Below, one piece after another: positions 49,637 to 61,994 of a stretch of 64,000 nt of DNA. This DNA is from Candidatus Ozemobacteraceae bacterium (GTDB taxonomy: Bacteria; Muiribacteriota; Ozemobacteria; Ozemobacterales; Ozemobacteraceae). Position 1 is the stretch's first letter. Each line of letters starts with the position of its first letter. The translations under genes and the position numbers were made by a program. The stretch lies in assembly GCA_965140445.1 (NCBI GenBank), contig OZ223236.1, positions 1,856,001 through 1,920,000 of the forward strand, read 5' to 3'. The notes beneath the pieces are model-generated. The model was not told the DNA's origin. It did not search any database and worked only from the letters and a program-made list of their open reading frames with translations.

Positions 49637-49948
49637 TTGGTGAAATATCTGAGTAATTCTGGAAAAAAAGAAGTAAAAGTTAACTATAACTCTGTTGCTG
49701 TTGCAATTAAGTATGCTTTTGGAAAAAGTGGAGAAGTCCCAAAAGTCATTGCAACAGGACGTGGTTTGTTGGCAAGAAAGATCCTGAAATTGGCAGAAGA
49801 AAATGAAGTTCCAATCAAGGAAGAACCAAAATTGGCTGAATCCCTTGCAGATTTTGCTCCGGGAACAGAGATTCCCGAAGAATTGTGGGAAGCTATGGCA
49901 GAAATTTTGGCTCAAATTTACATGTTGGATGGTAAAAGTCGTCAGTGA
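49637..49948 (+). CDS. FlhB C-terminal-like protein (YlqH/FlhX, EscU/YscU family)
   Basis: AVAIKY..PKVIATGRG..A.KI...A....VP, EIPEELWEAMAEIL. Confidence 0.88.
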   Translation: MVKYLSNSGKKEVKVNYNSVAVAIKYAFGKSGEVPKVIATGRGLLARKILKLAEENEVPIKEEPKLAESLADFAPGTEIPEELWEAMAEILAQIYMLDGKSRQ

Positions 49949-50319
49949 AGAGTAATAAGCAGTTGCTAGGGGAAAAGGGAGAGAATTTAGCTTCAAACTA
50001 TCTATTAAAACTAAGTTACAAGATTCTTTTTAGAAATTTCAGAGTAAAGTCGGGAGAGATAGACATTATAGCATTGGACGGGGATGAACTCGTCTTTATA
50101 GAGGTTCGAACCAAGAAAAATGCTGAATTTGGGCTTCCACTGGAAACAATCAATTTTAAAAAGAGACGTCAAATTGAAAAGAATGCCAGGCTTTTTTTGT
50201 CTGCGAATAAGTTTTTTGATCAAAAGAATTGCAGGTTTGACGTAATTGGAGTGCTATTAAAGTCTGGAGAAAACCCAGAGATTACGCACGTGGTAAATGC
50301 TTTTTTAGCTGGAGAATAG
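49945..50319 (+). CDS. yraN: YraN family (UPF0102) putative endonuclease
   Basis: GEKGE, RNFR..GEIDIIA, LVFIEVRT, RFDVI. Confidence 0.93.
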   Translation: MKSNKQLLGEKGENLASNYLLKLSYKILFRNFRVKSGEIDIIALDGDELVFIEVRTKKNAEFGLPLETINFKKRRQIEKNARLFLSANKFFDQKNCRFDVIGVLLKSGENPEITHVVNAFLAGE

Positions 50320-50324
50320 TAGAC

Positions 50325-50353
50325 TTGACTGAATTTGTCCACTGTACTAGAAT
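50325..50353 (+). promoter_or_regulatory. Sigma70-type promoter
   Basis: TTGACT-17 nt-TAGAAT. Confidence 0.7.
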
Positions 50354-50427
50354 TATGGTGCTTTGTTTTTCTTTAATAAACATTGTTTAAGCTATTGTCG
50401 ATACAATCAAAAAAATCAGGTGTAATA

Positions 50428-53091
50428 ATGCAAAATTCCTTATATTTACGAAGAAAATTACTTATTTTTTCCATTCTTTTTATTCTTTTTTCGGGTGTAG
50501 CTTCTTTTGCACAGAATGCTTATACAAGAGCAGATACTGATAAATCAGGAAAAGAACATGTTAAGAAAGCTGATGTTCTTACCTTAAAAAGAGTTCCCAA
50601 AGAAAGAACCCAAGATTTATTGACATCAGAAGAGAAATTGGAAGCTGAAAATGTCTACGTAAAAAGAAGAATTGCCGAATTGCAAAATGCATTAGAAAAC
50701 AAAGTCCGAGAAGAAATTGTAAATTCTGAGTTAAAAAAGATCACTATAAAAAAAGCGGATAAGGAATATAGCGAGCTGAAAGAGCTTAAAAAGCTTGAAG
50801 TGCCAGTTATAGATGAAAATGAAATTGACAGGAAAGTTAATGAAAAATTAGAAAGAGAAATCTTATTGAAGAATTTCGGAAGTGGATTTTTTGAAGGTGG
50901 CCAGCAAGATGTATTGGACATGGAAAGCGGTTCTGCACCTTCAACCTATTTGCTGGGACCCGGAGATGAGTTAAAAATAATTGTCTGGTCAGAAATGGGA
51001 GACGAAACTGTATATGATGTAAAAGTGAACCCAGAGAATCAAGCCTATGTGCCAGTAATTGGCGTTATGGGGGTTTCTGGCTTAACAGTAGATCAATTTG
51101 AAGAAATGGTTCTAGGAAAGCTTTCTGAGAAATTCAAGCATTTTAAGGGACAAGTTACTCTTACAAAGATCAGAACTATTCAAGTATATGTGGTTGGCGA
51201 AGTTAAAAAACCCGGAGCGATGGTTATATCGGGCTTGGCAACAGCTTTCTCAGCACTTTATAAGGCTGGTGGACCAACTGAACGTGGAAGCATGCGGAAT
51301 ATTAAAGTTTTGAGGACTTCAGGAGAAACACATAAGATAGACCTCTATAATTATTTTCTTTCTGGCGATAAAAGCCAGGATGTTTCACTTGTAAACGGAG
51401 ATACTATATTTGTTCCTTCATTTGAAAACCGCGTTAAGGTAGAGGGAATGGTTGTTAAGCCAGGTTATTACGAATTTAAGCCAGGACAAAGTTTAGGTGA
51501 CCTGTTGAAAATGGCTGGAAATATTGAGGCCGGTGCTTATTCTGGGAGTATTAAAATCCTGAGGTGGACGGGGAATAAAGATAGAAGAATTTTTGATCTT
51601 GATGTTGCCAATTCTCAGGCTGTAAACAGCTTTAAACTTGTAAATGGCGATGTAATCATCGTGAAAAAAGGAATTACAAAGGTTGGAAATCTTGTTTCCA
51701 TTGAGGGCGCAGTAAGAAAACCGGGAGATTATTCGGCTTCAGCAGGTTTAAAAGTAAAGGACTTAATTCTGCGAGCTGGTGGGCTAATAGATGAAAAAGT
51801 TGGTTTGAAATACGGTAGAATTTATCGTCAAACGACTGAGGGCAAAGAAGAAATTTTATCTTTTAATACCAGGTGGGCAATTATCGGCGATAAAAACCAC
51901 AACCTGGAATTGAAACCCATGGATAAAGTTAAGATTTTTGCTTTCGATGAGCTGGAAGCTGATAATCAGAGCGTTAACATTGATGGAGCGGTCAGAAGAA
52001 CTGGTGAATATGTATTTCGAGAAGGAATGAGAGTTTCTGATTTAATTTACAAAGCCAGGGGACTTTCGCTCGACGCATCTGGTGAAGCCGAGTTGGCAAG
52101 AGTTGCTGCCAATGGTATTAGCAGCGAGGTTAAGTCTTTTAATGTAAAAAGCGCTCTTGCAAATCCGCAATCTGAAGAAAATTATCTTCTAAAGCCTTTA
52201 GATCGATTGAGCATATTGTCTAATGGAGATCGAATTATTGAGCCTGAAATTATTGTTTTGAAAGGGCAGATTAAAAGACCTGGCCCTTACGCATTGAAAG
52301 AAAGAGGCGAAAGTATATCCAGTCTGATTAAACGGGCGGGCGGCCTCACAAGAGATGCATTTCCTGAGGGTGCTGTTTTCTTGAGAAAGGTTGAAAACAT
52401 AGCATCTGATAAACAGCTTGAAACGGCAGAAAATGTTCAGAAGGAAATGTTTAAGCAGGCAACTCTTGATTTGCGTGCAGATTTATTGAGAGCTGGGGCA
52501 AAACTTGATGATGTTTCAGAAGTAAAAAAGGATGCCGGAGCTATTCAGAATGTAAGCCAGGATACTAAAAACTCTGAAGGTATAGATCAACTGGTTTCAA
52601 AAAATGAAAATGCTTCTGAGCAGACTTCTGGGTTTGGCGGAATGGAAATGAGATCCAGGGATATTTTGAAAAAAATGGTTCGAATTCCTCTTCCACTGGC
52701 TGAAATCCTTTCTGGAAAAGGTGACAAGTATGACGACATTGGTTTGCTTGAGGGTGACCAGATAACAATTCCAATGATTCCAAGAACTGTTTCTGTTGTA
52801 GGAGCAGTTGTAAATCCAACAACCATAATGTATAAAAGTGGCCGATCTGTTGGCTACTACGTAAACAGAGCTGGTGGTTTCACAGAGCACTCCAATCACA
52901 AACGAACAGTTGTTGTTAAATCTAACGGAGAAGTTATTCCGCTTAGAAATGCTCGCAAAATTGGTCGAGGAGACATTATCCTTGTGCCACCAAAACCAAA
53001 ACTCATTAAGCCAAATAAACTCCAGGAAACTGCTGAGATTGCCAAAATTCTGGGGAACCTGGCTGTAATGTATGAAGTAATTAAAAGATAA
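50428..53091 (+). CDS. Polysaccharide export protein with multiple SLBB domains (Wza/KpsD/OtnA-like)
   Basis: Signal peptide, YLLGPGDELKI Poly_export motif, six GxVxxPG-like SLBB repeats. Confidence 0.88.
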   Translation: MQNSLYLRRKLLIFSILFILFSGVASFAQNAYTRADTDKSGKEHVKKADVLTLKRVPKERTQDLLTSEEKLEAENVYVKRRIAELQNALENKVREEIVNSELKKITIKKADKEYSELKELKKLEVPVIDENEIDRKVNEKLEREILLKNFGSGFFEGGQQDVLDMESGSAPSTYLLGPGDELKIIVWSEMGDETVYDVKVNPENQAYVPVIGVMGVSGLTVDQFEEMVLGKLSEKFKHFKGQVTLTKIRTIQVYVVGEVKKPGAMVISGLATAFSALYKAGGPTERGSMRNIKVLRTSGETHKIDLYNYFLSGDKSQDVSLVNGDTIFVPSFENRVKVEGMVVKPGYYEFKPGQSLGDLLKMAGNIEAGAYSGSIKILRWTGNKDRRIFDLDVANSQAVNSFKLVNGDVIIVKKGITKVGNLVSIEGAVRKPGDYSASAGLKVKDLILRAGGLIDEKVGLKYGRIYRQTTEGKEEILSFNTRWAIIGDKNHNLELKPMDKVKIFAFDELEADNQSVNIDGAVRRTGEYVFREGMRVSDLIYKARGLSLDASGEAELARVAANGISSEVKSFNVKSALANPQSEENYLLKPLDRLSILSNGDRIIEPEIIVLKGQIKRPGPYALKERGESISSLIKRAGGLTRDAFPEGAVFLRKVENIASDKQLETAENVQKEMFKQATLDLRADLLRAGAKLDDVSEVKKDAGAIQNVSQDTKNSEGIDQLVSKNENASEQTSGFGGMEMRSRDILKKMVRIPLPLAEILSGKGDKYDDIGLLEGDQITIPMIPRTVSVVGAVVNPTTIMYKSGRSVGYYVNRAGGFTEHSNHKRTVVVKSNGEVIPLRNARKIGRGDIILVPPKPKLIKPNKLQETAEIAKILGNLAVMYEVIKR

Positions 53092-53113
53092 CTAACTTGG
53101 AAAGGGGAAGAGT

Positions 53114-54463
53114 ATGAATCCTGTTAGTAAGATAGAAAAAGTTGTTAAGAGAAATGGTAGAGTCGTTAATTTTGATAAAGAGAAGATTGCCAATGCAATT
53201 TTCAAAGCCGCAGTAAATGTCGGTGGTCAGGACAGAAAGTTAGCTGAAATTTTAACTGAAAAAGTTGTTCATCAGCTTGAATTAGACTTAAAACCTAACA
53301 TGTACCCTTCTGTTGAAGAAGTTCAGGATTTAATTGAAAAAGAATTGATAGAAGCCGGACATGCCAAGACTGCAAAAGAATTTATTTTGTATCGTTTTGC
53401 ACATAACAAACTCAGAGAAGGCCGAGAAAAGCAAAGCGTTACTTCATCTGGAAATGTGCCATACAAAAAAATATGGCAGGTTTTATCCTGGGCCTTAGAT
53501 CATGAAGCTTATAGTGTTGAAAAAATTAACCAGCACATTAAGAATGGAACATATCCACAGTTGGTGAAAGATGCTACGGCAAAATATGACGCGGATATCG
53601 CATCAGCTGTAGAAAAAATCATTGCCAGAAAAGATAAAGTTAGAATCGTTATTATTGCTGGTCCTTCAAGTTCTGGAAAGACCACTACGACAATCAAAAT
53701 TGGTGAACATCTGCAAAAGCAAGGATACGAGCTTGTAGCAATGAATCTTGATAACTATTACTTTGATCTTGAGCATCACCCGCAAGATGAGTTTGGGGAT
53801 TATGATTTTGAAACTCCAGAAGCTCTTGATCTTAAATTGATTAATGAGCATCTTGCAGATTTACTTGATGGTAAAACCATTCAAATGCCAAGATACAATT
53901 TCAAAACCGGAAAGCGCGAAGAACAAACTGACCCAATGAAATTGGAAGATAATCAGATTCTTTTGCTTGATAGTTTGCATGGTCTCTATGGCCCGATGAC
54001 AGATAGTGTTTCAGATGAGAAAAAGTTTAAACTTTATATTGAGACCCTTTGTCAGATTAAAAATAATGATGGTGAATTCATTCGCTGGACTGATGTTAGG
54101 CTTCTTCGCAGAATGGTTAGAGATTCCTGGCACAGAAGTTATAATCCTCGCCAGACCCTGGAGCATTGGCACTATGTTCGTAGATCCGAAATTCAGCACA
54201 TAATTCCTTTCCTGGGAACTGTGGATCATATTATTGATGGATCATTACCTTACGAATTGCCAATCTATAAGAAATACCTTTTCCATCATTTTCCTGATTT
54301 CGTGAAAGATTATAAAGACGACCCAAAACGACAGGACGCTTATTATAGAGCTAAGCGTGTTTATGACCTGCTCGAATCTATCGAAGTATGGGAAGATGAA
54401 TCTGTAATTCCAAAAGATGTTCTTATTCGGGAATACATTGGCGGAAGTATTTACGAATACTAA
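53114..54463 (+). CDS. ATP-cone domain fused to a uridine kinase/phosphoribulokinase-like P-loop kinase
   Basis: VVKRNGRVVNFDKEKI..VEEVQDLIE..AKEFILYR, then AGPSSSGKTT, DNYY, DFETPEALD, RLLRRMVRD. Confidence 0.88.
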   Translation: MNPVSKIEKVVKRNGRVVNFDKEKIANAIFKAAVNVGGQDRKLAEILTEKVVHQLELDLKPNMYPSVEEVQDLIEKELIEAGHAKTAKEFILYRFAHNKLREGREKQSVTSSGNVPYKKIWQVLSWALDHEAYSVEKINQHIKNGTYPQLVKDATAKYDADIASAVEKIIARKDKVRIVIIAGPSSSGKTTTTIKIGEHLQKQGYELVAMNLDNYYFDLEHHPQDEFGDYDFETPEALDLKLINEHLADLLDGKTIQMPRYNFKTGKREEQTDPMKLEDNQILLLDSLHGLYGPMTDSVSDEKKFKLYIETLCQIKNNDGEFIRWTDVRLLRRMVRDSWHRSYNPRQTLEHWHYVRRSEIQHIIPFLGTVDHIIDGSLPYELPIYKKYLFHHFPDFVKDYKDDPKRQDAYYRAKRVYDLLESIEVWEDESVIPKDVLIREYIGGSIYEY

Positions 54464-54471
54464 TTCTAAGT

Positions 54472-54510
54472 AAAAAAAAGGGGCTGGTAATTAAGTTACC
54501 AGCCCCTTTT
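54472..54510. terminator. Bidirectional intrinsic terminator
   Basis: aaaaggggctggtaa-ttaag-ttaccagcccctttt. Confidence 0.9.
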
Positions 54511-54520
54511 GCTATTTAAC

Positions 54521-54916
54521 TTATAAAATGCTAATTACAACTCTTCGAGTTCTGGGACCATCAAATTCACAAAAGTAAATTCCTTGCCAGGTTCCTAAAA
54601 CTATTTCTCCGTTGTTTACGATAAATGGATGGCAACTTCCAAACAAACTGGATTTCATATGGGCGTGGCTATTACCCTCTCCATGGCGATCTTGTGGATC
54701 GTTTGTTGGGAAAATTTTCTCAAAACGCCTTATTAAATCTGTTACAACATCTGGATCAGCATTCTCATTAACAGTTATTGCAGCTGTTGTGTGTGGTACA
54801 GAAACCAGTATATGCGCATCCTTAACTCCAGATTCTCTTACGGCCTTTCTGACCAGATGAGTAATATCTGTGAAAGATTGAGGTCCACTTGTTTTTATCG
54901 TTTCTTCAAAAATCAT
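54521..54916 (-). CDS. yjbQ: YjbQ/UPF0047 family protein
   Basis: PHTTAAITVNENADPDV, HGEGNSHAH, LGTWQGIYFCEFDGPR. Confidence 0.93.
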   Translation of the reverse strand: MIFEETIKTSGPQSFTDITHLVRKAVRESGVKDAHILVSVPHTTAAITVNENADPDVVTDLIRRFEKIFPTNDPQDRHGEGNSHAHMKSSLFGSCHPFIVNNGEIVLGTWQGIYFCEFDGPRTRRVVISIL

Positions 54917-54917
54917 T

Positions 54918-56375
54918 TCAGTTATTTTCCTTTCCAGTAATTATAAGAGCTTGTCCAGCAGGAATCGTTATCATTTCAGTGATTTCAGAAAGTAAAAATT
55001 CTGTAGAACCGTTTTCTGTAAACTGCGTAATTTTAGAGCAAGCCTTGATTCTATTTGGAAGAGCTATCTGGACGGAATTATGAAGATCAAAATTTGTGGC
55101 AACAAGTAAATGTTCAGATTGGCCACAACTTTTTACATAACCTCTAAGACCTGCAGAGCCTTTTTTCCATGAGCCGAAAGGAACTATTACCCCTTCCTTG
55201 TTGAAAATTTCATGACTAAATTTTATCTTTATCACATCTTTCATGAACTCTGGAAAGTCACTCTCAATTCCCAGATCAAATTCTGATTGGTCTGAGCAGC
55301 ATACATCTACTTTTTTAAACAGGGCTTTTTCCGATCCAGCAACAAACATCGTGTCGCTTGTCATTAGACCGGCAAGGGTGAAGTCCAGCTTCATAAGCTT
55401 AAGGATTTGATTACGTTGTGCTTGTTTAAGCTGCTTTATACTTGAAATTCCTTCATATTCACAGAATTGTCTTATTATTGCTTTATCGTTTAGTCCCTTT
55501 AGCTCTTCTGATCTTAGTGCTGCAAAAGCTTTCATCGATGGCATAAGAACGTCATGGCTACTAAAAATTGTGCAGGTTGGTAAACCACCAGATTGCTTAT
55601 AAAGCCTATAGATATCCGTTGGGATATAGATCCCACCGTCATACCAATACATGTTGTTAAAAAAGCGATCTGCTCCAGCTTCTATTCCTGATTTGGCTAA
55701 ATTTATCAGTTTATCCATTCCCAGATTTTCAGTTAGAAACCAGGACTCAGGGAATTTCTTCTTGGTTTCTTGAACTATTCTTTTTAAGCCTTCTGGGTCA
55801 AGTCCCCATGCAGCATCTATTCTGATTGAATTAACGTGAAATTTTTCCAGATGCGGATAAACCACTTTTTCGAGCCAAAAATCCTGTAATTCTTTGATAG
55901 AGTTGTCCAGAATAAATGCGCCCCAATTAATTCTTACCAGGTTTCCGTCCGCATCTACGTCGTCTGCTCCAGCTTCTAAGCCATTATTTTCTGAGTCGAT
56001 AAACCAGCTTCTATCTATACCCGCTGCTTGCCAATCGCAATGATTGAAGGGAATATCTATCATTCGATCCATTCCCTGTTCTTCAACAAATTTCATGAAA
56101 TTGGCAAAAGTGTTCCAATCATTAAAAAGTTTACATGGTTTTTCGTAATCGCTGACTACGTATGAGGAGAAGCTTGGAAGAAAATGTGGGAGAATTAATA
56201 AAACGTTAACTCCAATTTCTTTTAGCTCCAGCACATAACGCTTTAGGGATTCCAGACTATCAAAATAGCTGTGGGGGATATCAGCGTACACTTTCCCCTT
56301 TTTCTTATCGGGTAATGCGGCATGTGGTTGAATTTCTTTGTTGGTAAATATGGGAAAAAAAGTATTGGTGCTCAT
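54918..56375 (-). CDS. Divergent GH13 alpha-amylase-family protein
   Basis: Conserved regions DIPFNH (I), RIDAA (II, nucleophile), LTEN (III, acid/base) and SSHD (IV). Confidence 0.75.
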   Translation of the reverse strand: MSTNTFFPIFTNKEIQPHAALPDKKKGKVYADIPHSYFDSLESLKRYVLELKEIGVNVLLILPHFLPSFSSYVVSDYEKPCKLFNDWNTFANFMKFVEEQGMDRMIDIPFNHCDWQAAGIDRSWFIDSENNGLEAGADDVDADGNLVRINWGAFILDNSIKELQDFWLEKVVYPHLEKFHVNSIRIDAAWGLDPEGLKRIVQETKKKFPESWFLTENLGMDKLINLAKSGIEAGADRFFNNMYWYDGGIYIPTDIYRLYKQSGGLPTCTIFSSHDVLMPSMKAFAALRSEELKGLNDKAIIRQFCEYEGISSIKQLKQAQRNQILKLMKLDFTLAGLMTSDTMFVAGSEKALFKKVDVCCSDQSEFDLGIESDFPEFMKDVIKIKFSHEIFNKEGVIVPFGSWKKGSAGLRGYVKSCGQSEHLLVATNFDLHNSVQIALPNRIKACSKITQFTENGSTEFLLSEITEMITIPAGQALIITGKENN

Positions 56376-56416
56376 TTAACCGTCCTGAATATAGATAAAT
56401 AATATTTTAGTTCTAA

Positions 56417-58224
<1,808 letters not shown>

Positions 58225-59088
58225 TTACCCATCTATACCAGCAATTACTTCCGAGATTTCTCTCGTGATTATTGACTGTCGGGTTCTGTTAAAATCTAAT
58301 TTTAAGTCATCCATCATTTCTTCAGCTCTATCAGTAGCAGATGTCATAGCTGCCATACGCGAACTTTGCTCTGATGCTGATGACTCAATGATGGCTCTGT
58401 AAAGAATGTTGCGTATGTATCTTGGAATAATATTATTGAAGATTCCTTCGGCAGATGGATAAAAATCAAAGCCTGAATTTTTTTTCTTTTCTTTTATGTC
58501 GCCAAAGGCATTTTTATCAAGAGGAAGCATTTTTATCTGAGTCAAATATCGTTTTACTGGTGAAACAAAACTGGTGTAAAGCAAAAATAGCTCGTCAATT
58601 TCTCCTGTTTTAAATGAGTTGAAGAGTTTTTCAGATGCTTCAAAAAGCTGTGTTCCATCATGGTGCCCAACTATATCTGGATATTCGGCTATGATTTCCA
58701 TTTTTGATCGTCTGAAAGTTGATAGACTCTTTTTTCCCATAAGAATAATCTTTTTTTCTGGTGATTTATGCTCTTGAATAATCGATAATGCAAATTTATT
58801 TATGTCGTGATTAAATCCTCCACACAATCCTCTTTCACCACTTATAACGATAAAGCCAGAACTTTTAACTGTTCGCCCTGTAATGCAGGGATGAGAAAAG
58901 TTTGAAGGTAACTCGTTGCTTATATTGTGAACGATTTGCTCCAGTTTGCTAACGTAGGATTTTGAGAGCTCTATTTTTTCCATAAGTCTGCCTAACTTAG
59001 CTGTCGACATGAGCTTCATTGCGCCAGTTATCTGCTGAGTTGTGGAAATGCCCTTCATTTTTTGTTTTATTTCTTTAAGGTTTGCCAT
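58225..59088 (-). CDS. atpG: ATP synthase gamma subunit
   Basis: QITGAMKL, RGLCGGFN, SEQSSRMAAM, RQSIITREISE. Confidence 0.96.
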   Translation of the reverse strand: MANLKEIKQKMKGISTTQQITGAMKLMSTAKLGRLMEKIELSKSYVSKLEQIVHNISNELPSNFSHPCITGRTVKSSGFIVISGERGLCGGFNHDINKFALSIIQEHKSPEKKIILMGKKSLSTFRRSKMEIIAEYPDIVGHHDGTQLFEASEKLFNSFKTGEIDELFLLYTSFVSPVKRYLTQIKMLPLDKNAFGDIKEKKKNSGFDFYPSAEGIFNNIIPRYIRNILYRAIIESSASEQSSRMAAMTSATDRAEEMMDDLKLDFNRTRQSIITREISEVIAGIDG

Positions 59089-59094
59089 TAAAAG

Positions 59095-60708
59095 TTATGC
59101 CTTTTCAGCTTCCATCTGACTATCTGATTTTTCAGCTTCTTCACCATTTTCTGGCTTATCTGGTTTTTCTAATGGTTTGAGTTCTTCTGGATGATATTGT
59201 GGGCGATAAACATTTTCAAGGAAAGTCCGAATAATCTCGGTAAAAGAATTTTCCAGCTCAATTGTGAACTCTGGATCTTTTTTTAATTTGAGCATAATTT
59301 CGGGATGCTTTTGGTGGACATACTTTAACAAGAACTTTTTAAATCTACCAATTTCTGTTTTTGCCAGGCTGTCTGTAAAGCCCTTTGTTGCAGCCATAAT
59401 ACTGATTATTTGATCTTCAAACGACATTGGCTGGAATTGTTTTTGTTTAAGCATTTCGACAAGACGTTCGCCTCTTGAGAGCTGATCTTGAGTAGCTTTA
59501 TCAAGATCCTTGGAGAACTGAGAGAATGCGGCCAACTCTCTGAATTGAGCCAACTCAAGTCTCAATGGCCCGGCAACCTTTTTCATCGCTTTAACTTGAG
59601 CGTTTCCTCCAACACGCGAAACGCTTAGTCCAGCATTAATCGCCGGGCGAACTCCGCTATTGAAAAGAGATGTTTCTAGAATAATTTGACCATCAGTAAT
59701 TGAAATCACATTGGTTGGAATGTAGGCGGAAGTGTCTCCTGCCTGAGTTTCAATTATTGGTATTGCTGTTAGAGAACCTCCGCCAAGCTGTTCATTCATT
59801 TTGGCAGCGCGTTCAAGAAGTCTTGCATGAAGATAGAAAATATCTGATGGATAAGCTTCTCGTCCAGGCGGTCTTCTTAAAAGTAGAGAAACCTGTCGAT
59901 ACGCAACCGCGTGTTTACTCAAATCATCATAAACGCAAAGAACATGTTTGCCTTTGTCTCTAAAGAATTCGCCCATTGAACAACCGCTATAGGGTGCTAT
60001 AAATTGCAACGGTGCAGGATCAGATGCGGAAGACGCTACGATGATCGTATGAGCCATTGCATCATGTTTCTTTAAGCTCTCAACAACCTTTGAAATGGTG
60101 GACATTTTTTGGCCTATGGCGACATAAACACAAATAACGTCTTTGTCTTTTTGGTTGATGATTGCGTCCAATGCAATTGCGGTTTTACCTGTTTGTCTAT
60201 CACCAATAATTAACTCACGTTGTCCACGCCCAATTGGAATTAATGCATCTATGGCTTGAACTCCTGTGGCCAGGGGTTCTTTAACAGGTTGGCGCTGAAT
60301 GATATTTGGGCTTGAGGTTTCTACAGGTCGGTGATCTTCTGGGATGATGGGGCCTTCGCCATCAATCGGTTGCCCAAGAGCATTTACAACTCTTCCCAAT
60401 AAAGAGCTGCCAACAGGGATCGAAAGGATTTTCTCCGTATCTTTAACCAGATCGCCTTCATGAATTCCAGTGTCCGAGCCAAGAATTAAACAACCTACGT
60501 TATCCTCTTCAAGATTTAAAACGTAACCTTTAACGCCATTGGAAAACTCAACCAGATCGCCCGCCATTGCTTTAGGAAGACCATGAACCCTGGCAACACC
60601 GTCGCCAACTTGCAAAACGACTCCTGCTTCGATTGTTTTTAACTCGGTAGAGAATTGCTCTATTTCCCGTTTTAAAACAGAAATGATTTCGTCTGATCTA
60701 ATACTCAT
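59095..60708 (-). CDS. atpA: ATP synthase alpha subunit
   Basis: [31 protein letters not shown] before ATG 60708. Confidence 0.98.
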   Translation of the reverse strand: MSIRSDEIISVLKREIEQFSTELKTIEAGVVLQVGDGVARVHGLPKAMAGDLVEFSNGVKGYVLNLEEDNVGCLILGSDTGIHEGDLVKDTEKILSIPVGSSLLGRVVNALGQPIDGEGPIIPEDHRPVETSSPNIIQRQPVKEPLATGVQAIDALIPIGRGQRELIIGDRQTGKTAIALDAIINQKDKDVICVYVAIGQKMSTISKVVESLKKHDAMAHTIIVASSASDPAPLQFIAPYSGCSMGEFFRDKGKHVLCVYDDLSKHAVAYRQVSLLLRRPPGREAYPSDIFYLHARLLERAAKMNEQLGGGSLTAIPIIETQAGDTSAYIPTNVISITDGQIILETSLFNSGVRPAINAGLSVSRVGGNAQVKAMKKVAGPLRLELAQFRELAAFSQFSKDLDKATQDQLSRGERLVEMLKQKQFQPMSFEDQIISIMAATKGFTDSLAKTEIGRFKKFLLKYVHQKHPEIMLKLKKDPEFTIELENSFTEIIRTFLENVYRPQYHPEELKPLEKPDKPENGEEAEKSDSQMEAEKA

Positions 60709-60716
60709 GAGATCTC

Positions 60717-61298
60717 CTAAATGGCCAAAGAGGGTTGATTTAGGATGGTTGCCAGCCATTCACTATCAATTCTCGCCATTAAATCTTTCAATTGTTGCAA
60801 TCTGGCCCGGATAGAGTCGTCGATTACCTGCTCGGAAAAATAAACAACAATTCCTCCGAGGACTTCTCGATCAACAACTTCTCTAACCTGAATTTTTCCG
60901 AATTTTTTTTCTAGAACTTTATATAGTCTTGTTCTTTCTTCCTTTAATAAGGGAACAGCAGACTTTACTAAAAATCCTGTAATATTTTTTTCCTGCCTGT
61001 ATTCTCGCTCAATTTCTTCAGCAATTCGTTCAAGCAGATTTATTCTTTTCCTCTTAACCAAAAGACAGATGAAATCTAGAACCCTTTTCTCCGCTGTTTT
61101 CCCAAAAATTTTACAGAGGAGGTCTATTTTTCTATTGAGATGGATAGTGGGGTGGTTAAGAATTTCTGATAATCCATCGTAACCAAAATAAAGTGCAACA
61201 AATGCCTCAAAGTCACGGAAACAACTTTCAAAATCATCTTCGTGGATGGCAATAAGGAAAGCGTCTGCATATCTTTTGGCAATTAGTTTTTTTAGCAT
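60717..61298 (-). CDS. atpH: ATP synthase delta subunit
   Basis: AKRYADA, SAVPL, LGGIVV..IDDSI. Confidence 0.9.
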   Translation of the reverse strand: MLKKLIAKRYADAFLIAIHEDDFESCFRDFEAFVALYFGYDGLSEILNHPTIHLNRKIDLLCKIFGKTAEKRVLDFICLLVKRKRINLLERIAEEIEREYRQEKNITGFLVKSAVPLLKEERTRLYKVLEKKFGKIQVREVVDREVLGGIVVYFSEQVIDDSIRARLQQLKDLMARIDSEWLATILNQPSLAI

Positions 61299-61303
61299 TT
61301 TTT

Positions 61304-61984
61304 TTATCTCGGATGGTCTGGAAGCTCTTCTTCAAGTTTGTCGATTGTCTTCTTTATAAGTTCTCTATGCATTTCATCATCAATAGTTCGCTCAACAACC
61401 TTTTCTGCTGCCATTAGAGTCAGTTGGACCACTTCTTCTCGAATGTGCGCCCAAGCTGTTTGCCTTTCGAGGAAGAGGTCCATCTCACCTTTTTCGACAA
61501 TGTTCTCGGCTTTAATTTTGGCTTCTTCAAGAATTTCTTTGGTTTTTTCATTAGCCTGTCGAACAGCTTCTTGTTTGATTTGATAGCCTTCTTCTTCAAG
61601 TTTGGCTAAATGTTTTTCATATTCTTTTTTTAGCTCTTCAGATTTTTTCAAATTTTCTTCTGCTTCAATTCGCATTTTACCCAACTGAAGTTGTCTATCT
61701 TCTACGATCTGTTGAATTGGTAGAAACAGGAATTTTTTCAGAACCAATAAAAGTATAAAAAAGTTAATTGTCTGAGAAACTAGAATTTTCCAGTCAAATT
61801 CAAAGAGGGATGGTGCATGTTCTTCTTTGGCAACATTTTCAGTATGTTCCCCGGGTTGGCCTTGAATCACTTGTTCAGCAACAGGCGAATGCTCTGCTGC
61901 AAAAGCAAATGCAGAGAGGAATAGCGTGAACAAACATAGAAGCACAAGAGTGCGCTTCTTATTTAGAGAAAGGCTTAGATGCAT
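61304..61984 (-). CDS. atpF: ATP synthase b subunit with N-terminal signal-like extension
   Basis: QTINFFILLLVLKKFLFLPI followed by a coiled coil. Confidence 0.92.
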   Translation of the reverse strand: MHLSLSLNKKRTLVLLCLFTLFLSAFAFAAEHSPVAEQVIQGQPGEHTENVAKEEHAPSLFEFDWKILVSQTINFFILLLVLKKFLFLPIQQIVEDRQLQLGKMRIEAEENLKKSEELKKEYEKHLAKLEEEGYQIKQEAVRQANEKTKEILEEAKIKAENIVEKGEMDLFLERQTAWAHIREEVVQLTLMAAEKVVERTIDDEMHRELIKKTIDKLEEELPDHPR

Positions 61985-61994
61985 TGCAAATCGT

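Noticed and set aside
47908..50319. rnhB, FliK-like, FlhB-like, yraN cluster as a novel secretion module
   Set aside because: Matches the known rnhB-ylqG-ylqH(-yraN) neighbourhood of flagellated Firmicutes and others.
51881..51888. Perfect GCCGATAA on the minus strand
   Set aside because: Antisense inside a coding region with no downstream gene. It shows this octamer can occur by chance, which tempers the sigma28 calls.
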